Positions 58,165 through 64,000 of a DNA stretch of 64,000 bases are shown here, one piece after another (positions within the stretch are counted from its first letter, which is position 1; every line of letters starts with the position of its first letter). The notes under the pieces are model-generated. The model did not search any database, was not told the origin of the DNA, and saw only the letters and a list, made by a program, of their open reading frames with translations. The DNA is taken from assembly GCA_963735035.1 (NCBI GenBank), contig CAVTJJ010000004.1, positions 800,001-864,000 of the forward strand, written 5' to 3'. Origin of the DNA: an uncultured candidate division Zixibacteria bacterium (GTDB lineage: Bacteria > Zixibacteria > MSB-5A5 > GN15 > FEB-12). A program made the position numbers and the translations under genes.

Positions 58165-60558
58165 ATGACTTCATTCCGGCGTCTGGTCAAAGTGGCCGTG
58201 GCAGGGCCGCTTCGACGCACCTTCACCTACCATCTCTCCGAGGAAACCGGTGATCTCGAACCGGGCCGACGGGTTCTGGTCGAGTTCGGCCGTCGACGTA
58301 CGGTCGGTTTCTGCCTCGGTGAAGGCGAGGCGGTCGCAGGTGTGGTCACCAAACCGATTATTCGCTGGCTCGATCCGGGGAGCTTCTTCCCGAAAGAACT
58401 GTTCGATCTCTGTCTCTGGATGGCGGACTACTACTTCGCCAACCCGGCCGATTGTCTGATATGTGCGCTGCCGCCGTCGCTCAAAGCCGCCAATCCGCTC
58501 ATATTGCGCTGGGCTGAAGAGCTTCCGGCGGAGACTCCGCCGAATGCGGTGCCGTTCTTTCGAAGCGGCAAGAAACTGACCCCGGCTACTGTTGAAAGCC
58601 TGCGTAAGGTCAGCCGTACGCTGCCGAACGAGTTGACCAGTCTCGGAGTGATTTGTGAAGAGTGGCCTGAGACTGCTCAGGGCAGCCGGCAAATCGTGCA
58701 TGCCTATCGCGCGACCGCAAGTGATAGATGGCCCGAGTTCTTCAAGGGACGTCGCTTTCAACCGGCGCCTTTCGGAGATGAACTCGACCGGGAAGCTCTT
58801 AACTGCCACGGATGGACTGACCACTACATCCGACTCGCACTCAAAGAAGGGCTGCTTGCGCCGTTGTTCGAATCGGCTGAGGACGATATTCTCGGCTTTG
58901 TTACGCCCCGATCAGGAGTTGGCGAATTATTACCCAACGCCGGCCAGCAAAGCGCGATTGACAGCCTGAATGCCACACTTGGTGGACCGTTCGGTGTTAC
59001 GCTGTTGCACGGTGTCACCGGCTCGGGCAAGACGCTCGTCTATTGTCATGCCGTAAAGAAAGCAATCGAGTCGGGCGGCTCGGCGCTGGTATTGACACCT
59101 GAGATTGCTCTTTCCGGTTCGACCCTGTCGTATTTTCGAGGGTTCTTTGGCGATATTGTGACAGTCATTCATTCCGCCATGACCGAGCGGGAACGATGGG
59201 AGAGCTGGCGGGGGATCAGGCAGGGGAAGTATCGGGTAGTAATCGGCCCGCGGTCGGCCCTATTCGCGCCGCTGGTCGATCTGAAATTTATCGTGGTTGA
59301 CGAAGAGCACGACTCATCTTACAAGCAGGTCGATCCGTCACCCCGATTTCACGGCCGTGACGCCGCCATCATGCGGGCGAAGATCAATCGGATTCCGGTG
59401 CTGCTCGGATCGGCGTCGCCGTCGCTCGAATCATACTATAACGCCCGTTCGGGGAAGTACCGCCTGTTAACGCTGGACGAGCGCCCGGCCGGGGCGACAT
59501 TGCCGCGTGTGACTATTTTGGACATGGCCACCCAGCGTTTGCAAGGGGACACGCAGTATCTGTCATTTGTTCTCAAGAAAGAAATTGATCGGCGATTGGA
59601 GCTCAATCATCAGGTGATTCTCTTTCTTAACCGGCGCGGCTATTCACCCCAATTGAAATGCGCCGATTGCGGTCATGTGCCCGCCTGTCCTCACTGCGAG
59701 ATCAAACTGACATATCACAAGATGGGTCCCAAGCTGGCCTGTCATTATTGCGGTCACACAGTGGTCGGATATCACACTTGCGAAAAGTGTGCCGGCAGCA
59801 ATTTCCTGTATCCCGGAGCGGGCACACAGAAGGTTGAGGAACATGTGGCGCGACTGTTTGTGCAGGGGAAGGTGCTCCGCTTTGATTCCGACACGGCGTC
59901 CGGCCGCACTAATGCGCATCGGCTTCTGCACGAATTCGCCCAGCGGCAGTACAACTTGTTGCTGGGGACACAGATGGTCACGAAGGGGCTCGATCTCCCC
60001 GGTGTGACGCTGGTAGGCGTGCTTTCGGCCGATCATGGCATTGACCTGCCCGATTTTCGCGCCTCGGAGAAGACTTTTTCGAGACTGCTGCAGGTAGCAG
60101 GACGCTCCGGGCGAGGCCAGAGTCCCGGCGATGTTTTCATCCAGACCTATTATCCGCAGAGTGCTGTTATCGTCGATGCCGCTCGACAGGACTTTGTCAG
60201 CTTCTACGAGCGCGAGATTGAATCGAGACGCCTGCACCGCTTCCCGCCGTTTAGTCGTTTGGTACGGGTGGTGGTAGCTTCGGCTGAGAAAGTGCAAGTC
60301 GAGTGGGCTATCGCGCAGTTCGCTTCTGAATTGGCCGACCGATGCGCCAAACAGGGGTTGAAAATCGATATTATGGGGCCGACCGCCTGCCCGATCAGTC
60401 TGTTGCGCGGGCTACACAGGCAGCATCTGCTCGTGAGGACTTCCCGGCCGCTCGATCTTGGGCGTCTGCTGACAGAATGGGAATCAGGAGTTTCTAAGTT
60501 TGGTTTCCCGGCCGCGATGAAGGTTTCGGTCGATGTCGATCCCGACGACATGATGTGA
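58165..60558 (+). CDS. priA: Primosomal protein N'
   Basis: GVTGSGKT, DEEH, GSASPS, LNRRGY, four CxxC, QVAGRSGR, DVDP. Confidence 0.96.
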   Translation: MTSFRRLVKVAVAGPLRRTFTYHLSEETGDLEPGRRVLVEFGRRRTVGFCLGEGEAVAGVVTKPIIRWLDPGSFFPKELFDLCLWMADYYFANPADCLICALPPSLKAANPLILRWAEELPAETPPNAVPFFRSGKKLTPATVESLRKVSRTLPNELTSLGVICEEWPETAQGSRQIVHAYRATASDRWPEFFKGRRFQPAPFGDELDREALNCHGWTDHYIRLALKEGLLAPLFESAEDDILGFVTPRSGVGELLPNAGQQSAIDSLNATLGGPFGVTLLHGVTGSGKTLVYCHAVKKAIESGGSALVLTPEIALSGSTLSYFRGFFGDIVTVIHSAMTERERWESWRGIRQGKYRVVIGPRSALFAPLVDLKFIVVDEEHDSSYKQVDPSPRFHGRDAAIMRAKINRIPVLLGSASPSLESYYNARSGKYRLLTLDERPAGATLPRVTILDMATQRLQGDTQYLSFVLKKEIDRRLELNHQVILFLNRRGYSPQLKCADCGHVPACPHCEIKLTYHKMGPKLACHYCGHTVVGYHTCEKCAGSNFLYPGAGTQKVEEHVARLFVQGKVLRFDSDTASGRTNAHRLLHEFAQRQYNLLLGTQMVTKGLDLPGVTLVGVLSADHGIDLPDFRASEKTFSRLLQVAGRSGRGQSPGDVFIQTYYPQSAVIVDAARQDFVSFYEREIESRRLHRFPPFSRLVRVVVASAEKVQVEWAIAQFASELADRCAKQGLKIDIMGPTACPISLLRGLHRQHLLVRTSRPLDLGRLLTEWESGVSKFGFPAAMKVSVDVDPDDMM

Positions 60559-60733
60559 CGCGTCCTGTCCGGTTTTCCGCACTGCGCTCGGGCGGGCGCT
60601 CGATCACCGTGCCCGGCCCGCCGCGGCGGGCCCACATCTGCCGTCTTCACCGAACCGTGTACGCCGGCCGGCGGTCTCGCTAATCATTTTTTTCCTTGGC
60701 GTTTGGTCCGTTGCGGAGCTATTATATTACAAT

Positions 60734-61357
60734 ATGACCACGACGGGAAACCTTGAGATTGAGATCAAGGTCCAACTCGAGTCGTTTACCGACTATTTGA
60801 AATTGCTCGGTCACCTCGGGCCGATCGACCGCGAAGAACATCATCACAACGCTTTCTTCGATTCGCCCGAGAAGGAACTGGCCGGGGCGGGGTATGTGCT
60901 TCGGGTCAGAGCAACCGACCGGTATGGTTCCATTACGCTAAAGAGCGCCGGTTCGCAGAAAGATGCGCTGGCAGTACGCGAGGAAATCATCGGCGAGATC
61001 GACTCGGGATTGGCGCGGCGAATCATCGAGGGACAAGCCGACCTGATGTCCGTCGAGACCGCCTCGATGCAGGTGGTACGACGCATGTTCCCCAAGTTGA
61101 AACCGCAGATGATGATTCAGTTCCGAAACGAACGACACATCAAGAAATACCAGCTCGGTGAATGTGACATCGAACTCGAGATCGACAAGACCGAATTCGC
61201 CGACGGTTCCAACGAGTATGAGATCGAAGTCGAGTTGGCCGATCTGAAACAGTTCGAGCCGGTGAACGCTTGTTTGATGCAATTACTGCACACGTTGTCG
61301 ATACCGTACGCGGGCCAGTCGAAGAGCAAGTTCGAGCGCGCGCTGGCGCACCGGTAA
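60734..61357 (+). CDS. CYTH domain protein
   Basis: EIEIK, FFDS, LRVR, ITLK, YEIEVE, SKFERAL. Confidence 0.88.
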   Translation: MTTTGNLEIEIKVQLESFTDYLKLLGHLGPIDREEHHHNAFFDSPEKELAGAGYVLRVRATDRYGSITLKSAGSQKDALAVREEIIGEIDSGLARRIIEGQADLMSVETASMQVVRRMFPKLKPQMMIQFRNERHIKKYQLGECDIELEIDKTEFADGSNEYEIEVELADLKQFEPVNACLMQLLHTLSIPYAGQSKSKFERALAHR

Positions 61358-61394
61358 GCCTACTATCTAAGCGCAATACAGGAGGAGTCTCCGG

Positions 61395-62579
61395 ATGCTG
61401 ACATCACGAACAGTCATAGCTCTCATGTCATTCGTATTCACTCTTGCCTGTGTGCCGTTTGAACTACTTAAGGCCCAGGATGCAGCCGTCACGTTCTTGG
61501 GAATTGTTCATTCGGCCAGGGCGAACGGGATGGGATCGTGTGTTGTGACTATGGTCAGCGAGGAGTCGGCTTACTATAACCCTGCTTCAGCTGGGTTGCT
61601 GCATCTGGACAAGACTGTAGCGTTTGTTGCGCCGCACAGCACCAAATGGTTGCCAGAAACGGCGGATGACTTACGGCTCAAGAGCTGGAGCGCGAGCGTT
61701 TGCGTATCACGGAAACCGTTCCAGAAACAGGATCCCAAAGAGGCCAACTTCTCGGTCGGGCTGGCCTATTCGTATGCCACCCTGAATTATGGAATGTTTG
61801 AGAGTATTAACGAGAACGGGACTGCCATCGGTCAGTTTGAAGCCTATGATGCCGTCAAGTGTCTGACCGTGGGTTTGGGATATAGACATAAGGTACGCGT
61901 CGGTCTCGGTTATGCGATCAAGTTTATTGAATCACATCTGGCGCCCCAAGGTGCGGGAGCAGAAGCGGGCAGTGGAAGCGCCGACGGCACCGCTCATCAA
62001 CTCGGGCTGATAGCCGAGCTGCCGTTTCATGAGTTGGCGGCGGGAGATAGATCGAGCGATCAAACAACGGCCGGGCGCACCGAACTACAGGCCACTCCCA
62101 CTTTCGCGTATGTTCTCGACAATCTCGGAAAGGACTTAAACTACGCCGATGCTGCACAATCAGACAAGCTTCCCAGGCTGAGTCGGTTAGGCTTTTCGCT
62201 GCCGCTGGCCATCGTTTCTGACGGCAAGGAGTATTGCTCTTTCCGTGGCGTGATGGAATGGGAAAAGCTACAGGTCGACGATGTTCCCATCCTGGAGAAG
62301 AAAGGGCTGGAAGTTGGAATCCTGAGAGCGCTCTTCTTACGCATAGGTCAGTTCGATACTTACGGAGCGCCCGGGCAACTCTCCACCTATGGCGCTGGGT
62401 TTCGTCTGCGCGGCCTTCTCAACGGAGGACGTCAGTTCAATGAAACGAACGATAATGGCGACTTCGGAGTGTACTTGAAGCAGCATGTAGATCTTGCAGT
62501 CGATTACGCCAGGTATGGCAATCCGAAAGACAACAACTATTCAAAGACCTGGTTCTACGCCATCAGCGTATCGCTGTGA
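61395..62579 (+). CDS. PorV/PorQ-like outer-membrane beta-barrel protein
   Basis: FL.I..SARA.GMG, YYNPA, W, K.I.S.L, DYA near the C-terminus. Confidence 0.7.
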   Translation: MLTSRTVIALMSFVFTLACVPFELLKAQDAAVTFLGIVHSARANGMGSCVVTMVSEESAYYNPASAGLLHLDKTVAFVAPHSTKWLPETADDLRLKSWSASVCVSRKPFQKQDPKEANFSVGLAYSYATLNYGMFESINENGTAIGQFEAYDAVKCLTVGLGYRHKVRVGLGYAIKFIESHLAPQGAGAEAGSGSADGTAHQLGLIAELPFHELAAGDRSSDQTTAGRTELQATPTFAYVLDNLGKDLNYADAAQSDKLPRLSRLGFSLPLAIVSDGKEYCSFRGVMEWEKLQVDDVPILEKKGLEVGILRALFLRIGQFDTYGAPGQLSTYGAGFRLRGLLNGGRQFNETNDNGDFGVYLKQHVDLAVDYARYGNPKDNNYSKTWFYAISVSL

Positions 62580-62698
62580 GGTGGCGCGTGGAGATTCCGT
62601 GTGCCGACAATAGGAAGAACAAGTTCGAGCCGAAGTTAGTGAAAGTTAAGAGACAGTTTCAGCGGATTCGCAACGTCTTGTTTGGAGTGTGATTACAT

Positions 62699-63412
62699 AT
62701 GAGTCAGGGTGAGTATGGGAGCGCAGATATTAGCGCATGGGCTACGGCTGGTGCCACTTTTCTGCTCGCGTTTGTCGCAGTATTTCAGGATTGGATTAGA
62801 GCAAAGCTCTGGAAGCCCAAATTAGAGATAAGCTATTCACCGCAGCCTCCGGATGCGCATAGGACCTTTTTGGCGGGGTCGCATGTCCCATGTTACTTCT
62901 TCTTATTGCGAGTTAGAAATAGCGGCAAGTGCGGCGCAACAAATGTCGAGGTGTCAGCCAGGCGGTTGTTCAAGAAACACACTGATGGTACGTATGCAAG
63001 GGTGTCAACTTTTCTGCCACAGAACATAATGGAGTCGTTTTCAGGCAATGCGATGATTGAGACTGTAGCGCCGGGATTGGAGAAGCACTTCACGATTGGT
63101 CACGTTTTGCATCCGCCGTATCGAGTGGGTCAGTCAGATCTCGATCTGCCGGGAAGCGCTGGACTCAATGATACGGTATTCTCTATTGGAGTCCTATTCC
63201 CCTCCAATAACAAGAACCACTTGCTACCTCCAGGTGACTATGCCATTGAGATCGTAGCTGGCGCCGCTAACATGGCCAAGACGGTCACGCGAGTTGTCAC
63301 AGTATCTCATTCCAGATGGTTGGACGAAGAAATACCGATGGTTTCAGATGGAGTTAGAATAGCTGTTCGGCTTCCAGGAGATCTTCCTGGGCTTCAGCTG
63401 CCAAAAGAGTAA
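62699..63412 (+). CDS. Hypothetical protein with N-terminal TM helix and Ig-like soluble part
   Basis: 237-aa AT-richer ORF; KPKLEI, RVRNSG..GA.NVEV. Confidence 0.65.
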   Translation: MSQGEYGSADISAWATAGATFLLAFVAVFQDWIRAKLWKPKLEISYSPQPPDAHRTFLAGSHVPCYFFLLRVRNSGKCGATNVEVSARRLFKKHTDGTYARVSTFLPQNIMESFSGNAMIETVAPGLEKHFTIGHVLHPPYRVGQSDLDLPGSAGLNDTVFSIGVLFPSNNKNHLLPPGDYAIEIVAGAANMAKTVTRVVTVSHSRWLDEEIPMVSDGVRIAVRLPGDLPGLQLPKE

Positions 63413-63460
63413 GACTGTTTTCTAACCGTTCGCTACTTCGCTGTATTCCCTAAAGGTGGC

Positions 63461-64000
63461 CTATATATCCAGATTCCGCACGTAGCGGGCGTTCTTCTGA
63501 ATGAACTCCCGGCGCGGCTCGATCTCGGTTCCCATCAGGATCGCAAAGATGTGATCAGCCTCGGCGGCTTCGTCGATTGTCACCTGCAACAACGTCCGCG
63601 TCTCCGGGTCCATCGTGGTCTTCCAAAGCTGCTCGGGATTCATCTCGCCCAGACCTTTGTAGCGCTGAATGTTCACGCCGGTTGACGGGAAAGTCTTCAG
63701 GGCGCGCTCTTTTTCGTCATCCGAGTACACGTACTGCTCTTTCTTGCCGTGCTTCAGTTTGTAGAGCGGCGGCTGAGCGATATAGATAAATCCCCGATCG
63801 ATCAGGTCACGCATGTAGCGGAAGAAGAACGTCAGGATCAGCGTGCGGATGTGGGAGCCGTCGATGTCAGCGTCGGTCATTATGATAATCTTATGATACC
63901 GCGCCTTGGAGCCGTCGAAATCTTCACCGATCCCACAGCCCAGACCAGTGATCAGCGACCGGATTTCTTCGTTGCCGAGGATCTTGTCGATGCGTGACTT
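63461..64000 (-). CDS. gyrB: DNA gyrase subunit B, 3' part (partial)
   Basis: [38 protein letters not shown]. Confidence 0.95.
   Translation of the reverse strand, partial: KSRIDKILGNEEIRSLITGLGCGIGEDFDGSKARYHKIIIMTDADIDGSHIRTLILTFFFRYMRDLIDRGFIYIAQPPLYKLKHGKKEQYVYSDDEKERALKTFPSTGVNIQRYKGLGEMNPEQLWKTTMDPETRTLLQVTIDEAAEADHIFAILMGTEIEPRREFIQKNARYVRNLDI

Noticed and set aside
62580..63460. Integron cassette around the 62699 ORF
   Set aside because: GTTAG and CTAAC-like words are present, but there is no complete attC pairing and no integrase

Overview
A GC-rich bacterial chromosome segment. The gene content (PorV-like protein, T9SS-like C-terminal domain protein, TonB receptor, bd-like oxidase) suggests an FCB-related lineage such as Zixibacteria, but that is inference. 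The backbone is housekeeping: fabH(3')-fabD-fabG-acpP-fabF-rnc, etfB, an ABC exporter pair, suhB, glmS, acyl-CoA dehydrogenase/hbd/crt, dnaE, coaX, CIRCE-groES-groEL, priA and gyrB(3'). The intergenic spaces are packed with many families of REP-like palindromes, some nested, and one has entered coaX in frame. Two IS elements sit inside palindromes: an IS30, and an IS110-family (IS1111-type) element whose ends, 2-bp core, palindromic target, circle-junction promoter (TTGACA-17-TATGAT) and downstream bridge/seek-type RNA, with guides matching target and donor, can be read from the sequence. Other highlights are a DUF3800 gene with a convergent three-GNRA-hairpin small RNA, a switch-like 5' leader of glmS, a Cys-rich RPP-ending leader plus metallothionein-like pair, a cytochrome-c-fused bd-like oxidase, a Myb-like/H1-like basic protein, and an 805-aa Zn-ribbon/PD-(D/E)xK protein. 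Three genes carry single-base frameshifts, possibly assembly errors. All family assignments come from motif recognition by eye; no database searches were run.
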